64,000 nt of DNA, taken from contig JAUCBJ010001075.1 in the NCBI GenBank assembly GCA_032718475.1, positions 1 to 64,000 of the forward strand, written 5' to 3'. The notes beneath the pieces are model-generated. The model was not told the DNA's origin. It did not search any database and worked only from the letters and a program-made list of their open reading frames with translations. Every line of letters starts with the position of its first letter. Position 1 is the stretch's first letter. Made by a program: the position numbers and the translations under genes. Origin of the DNA: Nemertoderma westbladi. Lineage: Eukaryota; Animalia; Xenacoelomorpha. Below, piece by piece: positions 1 through 13,653 of this stretch.

Positions 1-358
1 TTTTTACGGACAGACAACCATATCTCGAGAAGAATAAGAGATCTTCCTGTCCTGTACCGATGTAGAAAGAGTCTCAGTTTAAAAAAAGTCTCTCCGGTAC
101 TCTGGGCACTGACACAACGTGTCGTGTGAATCCCGTAGAGAAATATATCAGTTTAAAGAGTCTCTCTTGGGTAGTAGTAAGAGTAACACGAAGTAAGCTC
201 GTAGGAAAGGTTCACATGCAGGTCGTCGTCTACAGTTAGATAGTGGTGTAACTGAAGGAATTCCCAAAAATTAACCTGCACTGCTGCTCTCCAATAATAT
301 GGAATCCGAACAGCACCAATAATGGGTACGTACTGGCATAACTGCCTGCTAGGCAGTG

Positions 359-1096
359 GGTTTACGTACTAAAAAGCGGAAACACCTAAAAACACCTAGT
401 TTAAGGACGGAAACATCTAGAAACACCTAGATTTATCAAGAATCAGGCAGAAAACTATGGTTCGCTATATTTTTTCAGCGAAAAATTGATTAAATGTCAT
501 AATTAACTACAGTACAGTACAAGTACATACATATCTGTTAAGCTCTGGAAATTTGAGCGGGAGTTTTAAATTGCAGAATTGATTCAAGCAGTAAGTAGAA
601 TGAGTAGAATACAAAGCAAAAAAGGCTTGGTTGAACATAACAAGAAGTAAAAGTAAACCCGAGAACAAAGTAGGCGAGTCCAAATAAATCCGGAATGGCA
701 GACAGAGTCCAATAAACTCTGTTCATTTAGACTCCATGTGGTTTTCACCCAACGGAGCTTTTTTCGCTTTGAATGCTACACAGTACTCATCGTGAAGCTC
801 TCAGGTTGTGTTTATTCTGACTCGTTCCTACAGTAGTCTAGTCTATTACCGGTGTATTTCACTGCATTACTGGGTGAATTGTTATCAATTCTGCAATTTA
901 AAAATCCCGCCGGGTAAACATAACAACGGACATACAGTATTTAAATAATTATGATGCTTTAATTTCGAATTTTCGCCCAACAAATATACCGAACCATTGT
1001 TTTCTGCCTCAATACAGTATTTAAAAATCCAGGTGTGTCTAGATGTTTCTGCCATTAAAACTTGTTTCCAGGTGTTTCCGCTTTTTAGTACGTACC
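359..1096. mobile_element. Non-autonomous TIR element (MITE, Mutator-like)
   Basis: ~70 bp imperfect inverted ends (TACGTACTAAAAAGCGGAAACACCT ... AGGTGTTTCCGCTTTTTAGTACGTA); flanks taggcagtg / gtggcagtg resemble a 9-bp TSD with 2 mismatches. Confidence 0.6.
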
Positions 1097-4000
1097 GTGG
1101 CAGTGACGTCTTCATCTGTCTTGACTGCAGGGTGCTGTTGGGTTTTTGGCATTACTCGGTCGCTACCGAGATTGTGTAATATTTGGTTTGATATATGAGC
1201 AATGTATGAACCATGCGCTGCATACTGGTGGGAGCCGCTAGTGAGAACATTGTGAATGAGTGAGAATATTATAAATTTATTCTATAATATTGTATTCTAG
1301 ACAATATTCTATTTGAATATTATTTATTTCTCGACAAAAACCGCTTTCATGGAAGAGTTAATTATGTCAAATTTAATTATATGGTCAAATTGTGTAACCC
1401 ATATAGTAGGCCTAGATACTTTTTACTTATAATATTTAGTTATAATTTGGTAGGCCTACATACATGGAAGTCTACTTTATTTAGGACTATTATTTTCATA
1501 TTTGAGATTGTTATGGGGTAAGTCTAAGAGGTTGGAACGATCAGGATAGTTTATCCTTAACATTTGTGTCTTACGACCTACGTGAACGTGTCTTTGTAAA
1601 TTCCACCTCTTTTTGTTTTATCCCTCCAAGAATATTGATTATAACTCATATTATAACTAAGAAGTACTGTTATGTGATGACAGTACTACCAACAACGGCT
1701 TATTGATTGAGAGGTGATTTAGCGATTTGGCGCCAACTCTCAAAAAAATTACCGTAGTAACTTTACAGGTAAACAAGTTCATTTATACAACAGCCTAACT
1801 ATCTTGATATACACAGTATAACAACACAAATATATCATTCCGACAGTTATATTACTCCCAATATAATATTCAATGGTCTGTTTATTGGCTTAAAGGTTTA
1901 TAGGCTTCCTGATTAACTTATTACGACTAATTCTACATAAAAATATTGGATAAATTTTAAATAAACATCAAAATAATGGATAGTACTCTACACGACGAAT
2001 CTGGACCGAACTGAACCGAACTGAACCGTACTCGATCGAAAGTGTGGCGAACTGGATGGAACTGGACCGCCAAATGAAAGATAATCTGAAAACAACCATC
2101 CTATGCAGAAAAGTGAAAATAAATATTGAATTATTGTGGTCGTTTCATATATATTGTAAATTTAGTTGCTTATAAGATGTCGCTAAATTAAGATTACTTG
2201 CTTCACATAAAACGTTGCTGTGCTGCTTTTATTAGTAGGTCAACCGGTAGCACGTATCTGCGTTTATAGATTGCAGTATTTTGGTACGTACTACTGTACT
2301 AAAAGGTAAAACGATCTATAACGGGCTATAACGATCTATAACGGGCTATACTTCCTATAACAGGCTATAACCACCTATTACGAACTATAATATGAAAATT
2401 TACATAAAAAACGCCACTTGGATGTGTTTAACTTTTGGATTACACGGTGGTCTGAAAAATACCGCAGGTTAAAAATTAGGGTAGGCCTATGCCTGATACT
2501 GGTAAGTTTTTATTGGCCTATCTTCCTATATTGCTCGCTATATTCTATATCAACCACAACAACACAAAGACTATACTGCTATATCAACGTACTACTATTT
2601 TACTTACCCCTTCCGCGTCTGCGTCTGGTACCATATAAGGCTTCTTATCTAACACACTAGTAACACTGACATATTTTGAAATTGATCGCCGTTATATCTC
2701 TACCGGTAAGATTTCCCATTTTCTTGGTTATATTTGAGATGTTCCTACAGTGCAGTGACGAGTCGGGAGAAACCCGGATGAGAGGAGAACGACAAGCAAA
2801 CCAGGTCAGGCCTTACGTAGGTGATGATGCGCGAATAAACCTTGGGACGTGACCCCCCAATACAACCGATGGGAAACAGTCAAGTCAAGCAGTCCATCCA
2901 AACAACGACGCTAGACAATAAACTCATACGAGGAGGAAGCGCTGGTGTTTAAAATGCATAGTTGAAATAATGTAATATAGACTAGTGTAAATAAATTTGC
3001 GTTTCCAGCTATGATTTATTATATTATTATTATTATACATTATTAATATTATTATTGTTAATATTATTGTTAATTTTTGCATATAGCTGAAGTTTTTTTT
3101 TTATTGTTTAGCACCAGTGATTATTTATTATTATCAACAATATATTATTATCATATTAATATTAGTATTACATTAAACCAATTATAATAATAGAGGTCTC
3201 CTTGAGTTTGTTAATAGCAGCAGGTTTACCTTCGGCTGTTGTCCCATTGTTTATACTGTTGGTTGCCGTTTCGAACTCGATTGGTTTCGGCGCTTTTGGT
3301 TTTGCTCCTTTCAGCGTCCAACGAAAGAACTCCGGCCTCTGAAAAGGCGCTAAGCACGCTCAGAGAGGTCGTGGCCTCTGAGGCCCCGACCTATATATTT
3401 TATAGCTAAAGTTACAACAGCTAAATAAAATTATATTTTTGTATAATTGTAAATATATGTCAGAATGTTCTATTTTGTTATTTTCTCAAAATGTATCTCG
3501 TATAAACTGGAACTAGGAGACATATCCCCGTTAAGCAGAACGTCCATTTCAATGAGAATGGACAGACAAATTAACCCACAGTAGCATAATAACCTCGGCT
3601 TACAGCCACCGTAATTATACAGGTTAATTTACTTCTGGAACGGCATCTGTGATTATTCAGTATTCACATTACTCATATTAACTCTAGAATATGACAATAT
3701 TGTTTGTATCCCTATGCTTTATACAGTGAGTGGGAATGTAATAAAGTTTAAAAATATCACCAGTAAAAGGTGTCGGGTTATTTATGTTCTGGAACATAAT
3801 GTACTGTCGACTACATATTAAATTTTCATGGTAACTAGTGATATAAACATTTAAGTGAGGGAGCTGCTTCTTGGGATCCAAAGGCCAAATGTGAAACAAA
3901 TTTTTAAAATGTTATTACACTCATCTTTTACTATTAAACATAATAAAAACAACCATTAAAATGTACCAAAACAATCAACGCCAATACAATTAAAACTTCA

Positions 4001-4478
4001 AGCACGAATTAAAGCAGGAACAATCAAATTTAAATTATTTCATAATTAATTAATTAACACAATAAATTCAATATAAATTCATTCCCACAGGGCGCAGGCT
4101 TCTGACCAAATTTGACAACAAATTGGAATTGGCCTCCCAATTTCGCGTCGCAGAGAATGTAGGTAGTCCGTACCAAACCCCAAGGCGATCCGGTCCGCCG
4201 CTAAACCCAGATCGCATTCCTCGTCGTCGTCGACGTATGTCTAACTCTTCCCGCCGCTCCAATTGTTATTCAAAAGTGAAAGGAAGGTCAAGACAAACCC
4301 AAAAATAGTATTTTTAAAATATTCTGACATTTGGTTTTCGATATATCGGCATTTTTCATTTTTTTGAAATAATACTGGTGGCAATTTTCAAAATTATGTG
4401 CCGGACAAAATTAAATCATGTCAAATTGTTATTCAAAATTGAAAGTTTCATCATAATACAATAATTAAATACAATCTA

Positions 4479-4508
<30 letters not shown>

Positions 4509-4509
<1 letters not shown>

Positions 4510-4671
4510 GTGAGGATACCACGGACTATGATATAGTAGGCCTACTTACTGCTGTAAGGTAAGTCAGGCTGATTTGACTGGTACATATATATTTGGGATG
4601 CCATCCCATTGATTATTATTATTATTATTATATGGGGGTTATGGAGATTATATACCTTCCTCTTATTCACA
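4509..4671 (+). repeat. Putative 5' LTR of the gypsy element
   Basis: TGTGA...TCACA inverted termini followed 2 nt later by PBS-like TGGCGCAGT (4674-4682, Ser-type) upstream of gag; no second copy seen in window. Confidence 0.6.
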
Positions 4672-7600
4672 TATGGCGCAGTTTGTAGTTGATCCTACGC
4701 AAAGTACCAACAAACTCATCAAAACACTCATGCCTACAGGTATTTACTGGTACCATTTATAAATTCGGGACTCTGGTTCACCATGCAGCGTGGGTGGTCT
4801 GGCAAGAAGGTACGCCCAGGCCAAGAGCAGTCTGACTCTGGAAGTGACGCTGAAACTGTGGCTGCAACAGGAGGATTTGTTATCGCCGCTCTTACACACA
4901 TGTTTCAGGAGCAACTATCGGCTCAAAATACTGTCTCTGAACGGCGGCGCCTGGCCGAAATCCAGGGTGCTGCCCTCGAGCCACAAACTGTGGCTCATGA
5001 ACGCATTGCTCATCTACTTGCTACCATACAGCAACAACATGTGGAACCGACTCAACCAGTGCTGAATTGCCAGGCGACCAATGCCGACCTCCCAAAACGA
5101 CGCACCATCGATATTAAGGATATCAACAAACTTGGAGATGATGTCGACCTCCCCACATTCCGGAAGTGGTGGAAGTCCTGGAATGTTAGGATATTCAGCA
5201 AACCCTAGAGATCACTCTCCACATCGACCTCAACTCCGATGATACAATGATGGCGATAATACTCGACACTCTTCAGGCTCACCTCCACGCCAAACGATCA
5301 ATTGCTCTAGATCGGATCAAGTTCCACAGCGCTACTCTGGGGCCCAACCAGTCATTTGAATCTTTTAGGCAACCCCTTGAGGAGTTGGCTGATAATGCAG
5401 AGATGTGCATACACTGCAGACAGGACCCAATCGTAACTCGGATTATAATCGGGATTTGATCCTCAGAGATCCGGACTAAACTCCTCCGCATACTTCCTGC
5501 TCAAACCCTGGAAAATGCCACCACAATCTGCCAATCTATGGAATCGAGTGAAAGAAATGAATCTATAATTGGAAGTGGCTGTCCCATTCAGCAGATTTCT
5601 CGGACAGGCCAATATCAATGGGGACGGAGTTTATCAAATCCTCGTGATCATAACCACGGTCGCTCACCAAGCTCGGAACGCGCTGGTTCTTGCAGAAATT
5701 GCGGTCACCCCTATAATCTAGGGAGATCCCACTGCCCTGCATGAGAATCGAAATGTGGTGGATGTGGGAAACGGGAGCATTTCAGACGCGTATGCCGGAG
5801 CTCGAAAGCCAACCCACGCCCAATGGACTCTAAACCTACAGGTAATGTTTCTAATCTAAACACTGTTCTTCCACCACGTGCTGGAATAAACCATGTTTAG
5901 GTTCAGTCTACCAAACATGTTTCTTCCACCATATGCGACCTGCGATACAACCAGGTTACAGTTCATGATGGGAAAACGGGACAGTGGCTTCAGTTGATTA
6001 AAGCCCTCCCAGACAGTGGTGCGGCTGCTTCAATCATAAGTTGGAAAGTTTTTGCTATTATGGTGGATGCCCAATCGGAACTAATACCCACTCCAGGTGC
6101 GGATCTCCTTGCTGCTGATGGCCTTCGGCTTCAGATCCTCGAAAAACTACCTGTCTGCCTTTCTTATTCCAGTGCAGCCTGCGACACCAAACTCTTTGTC
6201 TCAGAGGAAACTCAGGGTTACATCCTATCCCGACAAACTTCGCAGGTCCTAGGAATTCTCCCAGCTACATTTCCCCGGTGTATCGATGCTGTAGAGTTCC
6301 CAATACACTCAATCCACCCAGGTGATATTCCTCAGCTCAAGCAAAAGTTGATGAGCGAATTTGCAGGAGTTTTTCACGAATCTGATAAACCTCTCCCTAC
6401 GATGGATGGTCCCCCAATGCGGATAACTCTTAAGAAGGGAGCCCAACCCCTCCATATCAATGGGGCGCGACCCATTCCCTTTGTTCTCATGGATGAGGTA
6501 AAACAACTCCTCGGCGGCATGGAACAACGCCAAGACATTGCCAAGATATCTGAGCCAACTGAGTGGGCTCATCCAATGACTGTGGCTCGGAAACGAAGTG
6601 GGAAGCTGCGGCTTTGTGTAGACCTGTAACACCTCAACCACCAGGTCAAACCACCAGGTCTTGTACAGTCATTAACAGCATCCCAAGCTCTGCCAAATAT
6701 TTTTCTGTATTTGATGCAGCTTACGGATATTGGCAGGTGCCACAGAGTCGCAGCTCCTAACAACTTTCACAACACATTGGGGTCGTTATATCCATCACCG
6801 CAGTGTCATGGGTCTCATATCCAGTGGAGATGAATTTAGTCGCCGTAGGGATGATGCTGTCCATGGGTTACCCAATCTCTTATAGATAGTAGACGATGTT
6901 CTCTTGTACCATGACACACTGGAGCAACACATTGCTGGAGTATGCAATTTTCTCCAAAGGTGTCGTGAACATAATATCACTCTTCATCCTGGGAAAGTCC
7001 AATTTGCTCTTTCTGAGGTCAAGTTTTCAGGCTACCTTGTTGGGTCATCTGGAATACACGCTGACCCCGCTAAGACCCAGGCAATATCCTCATTTCCACG
7101 TCCAACAAATATAACCGAACTTAGATCATTTGTGGGTCTGGTTGAGCAATTGGCTCCTTTTTTACAGGACATAGCTCTATCACTCTATCACACTATCACC
7201 TCTTCGTCCACTTCTCAGCACAAAGAAGAAAACTTTCCCCTTATGTATTTAACACAATCTGGAAAAAAGGTAAGAATCATCGAATTCCTGATGCGCTATC
7301 TCGTGTGCCATGCGCCATAATCCCACCCCAGCCTATATCACAGATGATGGTGAAACCTCGCACTGCATTCAGGCTGTCACATCCCATGCCGCTAATCTTT
7401 TAGGGTCCCTTGGGTCAAATCCCCCTATACTGGATTCGGAGATACCAGCGCACCTGGCTGACCCAGTACTCCCTTCACTGTTTAAGTCAGCTCGGGAGGA
7501 CCCTGATTATGTAACCCTTCTAGAAGCTGTTCATTCTGGTTTCCAACCTTCTTCACGATCTCACCCTGGAGTTGCTCCATTCTGGTAAATCCGGGATGAT

Positions 7601-8077
7601 CTTACCACAGATCAAGATCTGGTACTATATAGGATAGTGATTCCTAAATCCTGGAGAAGGGAAACCCTCATTAAACTCCATGCTGCCCACCAGGGTGTAT
7701 CACATACCCTCCAGCATGCAAGGCAGGTTGTTTACTGGCCAGGGATCACCTCTGACTTTCACAACACAGTGAGCTCATGTGCGAAATGCCTCAACTTTCA
7801 ACCCTGTCATCCAATGCAGCCCCTCCTCAACGACCCACTGCCAATGAGGCCCTTTGAAGACATATCCGGAGACTTTTATTTGCTCGATGGACACGACTTT
7901 CTGGCCATTGCTGACCGGTATTCAGGCTGGCCTGTGGTGTTCCCTTTTGCAAACCCACCAACAGCCAATAAAACAGCCTCCTGTCTACGGAACATATTTA
8001 TACAATATGGTGTCCCAGCATGGTTCCGTTCTGATGGCGGAACACAATTTACTGCTCATTTACTGCTTATTTACTTT
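4509..8077 (+). mobile_element. Decayed Ty3/gypsy LTR retrotransposon (Mag-like), 3' end missing
   Basis: Fragmented gag from 4783 with two knuckles (CRNCGH..., CGGCGKREHFRRVC); protease LPDSGAA; RT LRLCVDL, FDAAYGYWQV, IVDDVL; integrase LHAAHQG..CAKC and SDGGTQF; many stops and frameshifts; RNase H largely deleted. Confidence 0.9.
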
Positions 8078-9077
8078 TGTGTCCGACAACCGGAACCTTA
8101 CCCTTCCCGAACCCACACAGATATTATACTAGTACCACGGGTTTCCCACCCAAGCCTACTGTTTGTACTGTAAGGGTAATTACTGTAGCGTTTGTACTGT
8201 AGGTGTAGGTAGGATCACGGAACTGACTAGTTACAGGGCACACAGGGGGGGGGGGGACTGGGCTGCAGTGATTTCAAGGAATATTAGTATTAGGTTACTA
8301 CGTACGCCTTCCACCAAGTCAACTCTCAAGGTATCAATACACACACGGGGCTAGGGTGATTACAAACGGGTTATACAAAGAGCACGTGGGCTGGGATAGG
8401 CTGGCTGCACCTGTGGCAGGACATTGGTAGCAGGGAGATGGGATATTGGCCTTACTGGTTGGAGGCAGTGACAGGGATGTACAAATTAGGCGGTCAATAC
8501 GTACTACATATGTACTAGTTTATTGTTATATTGGGGGGGGGGGGGGGGGGTTTCAGTAGGTTTTAGTTTTATTTTAGGTAGTAGAATTATGTACTTAATT
8601 AGGGTTTTTGCTACGTATGGGTGCCAGGCTGGGGTCTTAAACCCCCATTCTGGCTCATTACTAGGGAATATTCATCCGCGCTACCAGGGTACATTATACA
8701 CAGATTAGCAATATTGGTTCAGTTGGTTTGGTGACAGAGTGGAAGGTGATATTGTTGTTTTATGGCACATAGTTCTTTAGTAGTACAGATTCTTTAGTTT
8801 TACGTATTTGCTTATATTATTGTCTGATTCTTACACATATTATTCATACCTGATTTATTGTTTGTTATCCGAGATATTCTGTTTATATTCTGTTTATATT
8901 CTGTATTACTATGGTGCTGTGCAGGGATCGGCCTGCACAGACACTACACTGGAGCGTTTAGTTATCAGTTTCCTTTCCACCGGACGGGCGGGTTACCTGA
9001 TTTGGGCGGTCCAGTGGGGAACTCATCATTACATGATATTTACACCACTACACCAACCCAAAAATAAAGCAACATCA
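8078..9077 (+). repeat. 5' LTR of BEL element
   Basis: Starts TGTGTCCGACAACC; matches 22377-23020 except a ~330 bp extra block; AATAAA at 9063; CA end at 9074 or 9077. Confidence 0.9.
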
Positions 9078-9081
9078 CGGG

Positions 9082-9092
9082 TGGGGGCTGTC
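9082..9092 (+). promoter_or_regulatory. Primer binding site, tRNA-Pro-like
   Basis: TGGGGGCT-GTC directly after the LTR; Pro PBS consensus is TGGGGGCTCGTCC. Confidence 0.55.
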
Positions 9093-9251
9093 TCAGAAAA
9101 CGACAGCCTCGATAACGACACGACAAAGACCTGCGACGCGGCTTCCCGCGAACCGGCAGACTGGCTTAAAAAACTGTAAGATAGGCCTAAAAGTATTCCA
9201 TTATTCTGTAACTCAGACCTGTCAGTCCCTCTATAGGCTATCGTACCTAAG

Positions 9252-12200
9252 ATGTCAGACAGTCTACTTTCTGGCAGTCAGCCAGCGACAGCACCTGGCC
9301 AGGTTGAACCCGGGGTTCAACCCGCCACTGGCGGGGCAGCAATGGCTGCCCCAGCTACAGCCTCGAGTCCCTTCTCGGACCTGAGCAACCCAGTATCGGG
9401 ACGCGGAAGCCCCGTGGGCCCGAGCTCCCGGGAATCCCCACCTATCCCGTCGACGGAAGGGTCCGTCAGGCGGCCAGCCGGGACCACGACACCCGATGAA
9501 ACGCGGACGTGGATAAACGAGTTAATCACGGCAGCGACGCAGTCACTCCCGACTGAGTTACTACAACGAGGAGAACCACCACCACCCCCCGCCGGTCCGG
9601 CATGGTTTCCAGAGGAACACCAAAGTCGGGAGAGATCCAGATCACCTCCCTCCAAACCGGAGCCGGCGATAGATGACGACAAGGGAAGCGGGATGGACCC
9701 AGACCGGGAACCCTTGCAATTAATCCCAGGACTACCCGAACACCCCAACGAGGTCCCCCCTATGAGGAGATCACCTCGACGGATGCGGGGAATACCCAAA
9801 CATTCAGTCCGAGGACGCTCGCGAGAAAGAAGCGATCAGACGAACCCGATGGGACGGCCCAACGGGACAACGAACTGGAGGAAGCTCCGTTCTTCCTCGG
9901 ACCCCAACCGGCCCCTAGCGCAGCTTGACACAGGGGTGATCGAGCGAGCGGGGCGACAGTTTCGATTACAGCGAAGACGATTGGAGACCTGGGCGACTGC
10001 CGGACGACCGGATATCGACCTGGCGGCAGCCCTCGAGGTAGTCAACGACTACCTCAGGATTCTTGGAGAGCAAGGCGACGAGGAGGAAGCCAAACACTGG
10101 GAGATGGACATCGGGGGAATATTGGACGATGCGTTTGATAAATGTTTATTCAATCAACAGGTAAGGGTGGGAAACATTTTTATAGGTATACCCAGCCAGC
10201 CACAAAACGGCTGGACTGGCATACCCCTAGCCGGTGACGGCAGAAACCAGGATGAGATACAACCTGGGGACAGTGCGAGTCAGCCGCGGGGTTCAAATTC
10301 GAACGCGTCTGACTCCATTCAAAACCGAGTGGAGTATGAAGAGGCTCTCTTTGAGATGGAAAGGCTCGACCGAGAGGAAACTCTTGAGCGAGAATTAATG
10401 AACCAAAAACTTGAATGTGAGAGGGTTGCGCGTGAGGCGGCCCAGAGAGTGATTGAGGCGGCCCAACGAGCGGACCGCGAGGAGATAGCGAGAGAGAAAT
10501 TGCGAGCTGATAATAAAGTGAGAGACGAGGCGCGTTTACTAGCGATACGTAAGTTAGCGATGGCGCAAGCGCGCGGGGTGAAGGGGGGCTCCACTGCGGG
10601 TGGTGGTGTGGGGTCCAGAGTGAGCAATAATAGTGTACGTTCAGCGAGAGCCGTTGAGCCGGCCCGCCTCGGTAATAGGGCTCCACAGGGGCCCAGCTCG
10701 TCTAGCTAAAAAACAGCCGGTTGGGCTGGGTGGAGCCAGTGTGAGTGGGAGTGGTGAATTCGGGGGCGTACCTGTAGGAGTAGCTGCAGCAACTATAGCA
10801 CCCACAGTAAGCACCCCACCGATAGTTGTAGTACCTACGGTAGTAACTACACATACCACAACACCTACTATAAGCACTACACCTAATATAACTCCCACAG
10901 TTATAAGAGGAACGAGTTTTTATGGCGGCCCGGGTATTTTTACGGGTCCGCCTCCGCCTGGCGCTACCAGGAATGGCGGCCCGGGTATTTTTACGGGTCC
11001 GCCTCCGCCTGGCGCAACCAGGATCACGGCGATACAGGAGCTGCCTCCGACTACCATGAACCCTCCTCAGGTAGTACCGGCTGTAGTGGTCGTTGATACC
11101 GATGAGGTAAATGAACCGAGAGGATCAGCAATGTATTACCCCACCCAGAATCGGGGTGGGCTTCCAGCAGAGGAGGCGACACAGGGGGAGCGAGAAGGAG
11201 AGCTCCAGGTTGGACAGGGGGAGCCTGCAGTAGGGTTCCGAGTAACACAGGGGGAGGTAGACATCGCCTCCACACACACACAGAGCCACGCCTCGAGGGA
11301 GGCGGACCACCAGGGCTTAAGAGTGCTAACCTCCCTCAAATTTCTGCAAGATAATACTGGTAAGTTAATTATCGCAGAACAAGGGGAACAGGGAAGTTCC
11401 CCTACGGCGAACTCGAGGGGACTTCGAGTAGGGGCCCCAGAATTCGCGCCGGTGGTAGATAACACCACCAGCCGGGGGAGAGTAAACTTACAGAGCGGGA
11501 CCGTCGGCTTTGCCCCGCGGACGGTACCGACAATTAGTGAGACTGCAGCCCGAGGAGGGGACCTGCAGACAGACAGAAGGGATGGACGGGAGTCAGCCTC
11601 CGATAGGCCCGACTCAACCGCCCACAGGAGGAGGCCAGAGTCGAGGTATCTGGCGGAGCTCTGCAGAAAAGGGGGTTCGCCGAGCCCCCCCCCCCCCCCC
11701 CCCACGTACAACAACACGTTCATTTGGAAATTCTGAATGGCCCCAACAGAATTCCATATATGAACGTACAACTCACCCAGACCCTCCCCCCTCAGGGAGG
11801 CGAACGGGCGAGTCCCCAGGTAGAGAACAATACCCGGATTACCCACGTCCGGGAAGTCGGTTGGGTGAACCGGGGTTTGAGCTACCACCGCTTGCGTACC
11901 CGACCAACGGGGTCGGACGGTCCATAGACCCCTTCGGACCGTTGGAGGAGCCCACGTCAACACGGACGGACTCATCACCGCGTGTGTACAATGACACAAA
12001 CTCAACCCATGATAACGAGGCGGTTTCGACAGCGAAAATGCTACATATTATACGTGAGCAGAACGAGCTACCAAAATCCTTAGCCTTTAAATTCGACGGG
12101 AAACACCCCAAGGAATACATACAATTTAGGGCACTGTTTTCCAACGAAATCCTAACAAAAAAATGTCAGACACCCGTCGACTAACCTATTTGGCGACTTA

Positions 12201-13653
12201 TCTAGCGGGTGACCCGAGGAAACTCGTCAATCGTTTCCAGGGCCAGTTGAATGGGTTCAGGAAAGCCTGGAAGGCGATAGAGGATCGGTATGGTGATCCG
12301 GAACAGATCATCGATGACGCCATATTCCACCTCACTGATGGGGTGAAGGTGGAAACACCAGACGAGATGACGGAATACAGCGATCGAATAATTCAGTTGA
12401 TTAATTCCATCGAGACGATGGGCGAGACCTACCATCTCAAGGCGGGCGGGCTGCTGAATCAAGTGGTTGATGTACTACCATTACATCTACGTCGCAGCTG
12501 GGCGCAGCAAGTGACAAAGATTACAGCTACGCAACATCGCCGAGCAACGCTAGGAGAATTTGCTGACTTCATGGAGTACAAGTCAGCGAGCGCTAATCAG
12601 CGCTGCTTAAAATACCCCAAGGATAAAGGGCGAAGTCGACAGGAACAGGGAGACCGTGGAAAAAGGGAATACCCCACGGGCCGTTTCAAATCCAATTGGA
12701 AGTCGAGCAACACCCAAAAATTTGCCTGTAACAACGTTGGGGACAACAACTACAGGGGTAGACCGTCGGAACCGGCGCATAATCGGGCGCCGGGCCGATC
12801 GCCTTCGCGGGAGAGCAGTCGGGGCGGGTCGACCCCACCAACTAACAATCGACAGGTCCTCTTCGAGGAATCTAAGAGCGGAAGCACCCTACCCACAGCG
12901 AGAAGGGGAAGTGGGCAATGGGTGAAAGATGTCTTTTTTATGGACATCGGGGAGTTCCCTTTCAACGAAGAAAGGTATTGCCAGTTCCATAGGGGAACGT
13001 CTCACAGAACGATTGAGTGCAGAAATTGGCAGAAGATGGACGCCGACACACACAAGGCGTATGCTAGGAAGCATCACCTGTGTTGGACTTGTGCTCGAAC
13101 AGGACACTCTGGGCGGGAATGCCCATACGATAGTAAGAACACAGAGGGGGACGGTAAGTCCACCGAGCAGCAGTCGCATAAACATGCGGATAATAGGACA
13201 GCGGGGGAGAGGGTGGCCGATAAACAGGTGGCCTTCCCTGTCTTTCCCATGAGACGGAGGTTGCGGAAACCACCGAAGATTAAACCCTATGTGTACCTGA
13301 GGATTGTTGCATTAGCGGTATGTGATAACCGCGGTCAGCAGGTAACCACTTTGGGGCTCTTAGACGGAGGTTCAGCGATAACGATGATGGACAGAGTGGT
13401 TGCAGACCGCCTTCAAGTTAAACGAAGGAAGGCATTTATGCAACTCTGTACCATTGCCAATCCGGACAGAGATGTAGAGTACGACTTGATTCTATGTCGA
13501 TTAAAATCTATTGTGACATATTCCCAATATAAGTCGGACCTTATTGAGGCTCGGGTTCTACCCGAGCTCAACGTACCGGCAGACCGGCCCTCGGCCGATG
13601 AAATTCAACAATACACATACGCCCGGGGACTGAACTTTAACATACCCAGATGA
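9252..13653 (+). pseudogene. BEL gag-protease region, split by single-base frameshifts
   Basis: Long Pro/Gly/Arg-rich and coiled-coil N-terminus; DUF1759-like FDG..Y..F...RLTYL..YG; knuckles CQFHRGTSHRTIEC and CWTCARTGHSGREC; protease LLDGGSA; frame breaks near 10690, 11695, 12160 and 13646. Confidence 0.88.

Noticed and set aside
1990-2960. 10-bp degenerate repeats and an exon-like patch at 2751-2945
   Set aside because: No recognisable product or consistent exon chain
4480-4508. Long poly-C/G tracts (also 21232, 31223, 34710, 45527) as functional elements
   Set aside because: Lengths unreliable and tracts are scattered without consistent context
8808-9179. 123 aa ORF and its twin at 22779-23138
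   Set aside because: Chance frames within the LTRs; disrupted differently in the two copies
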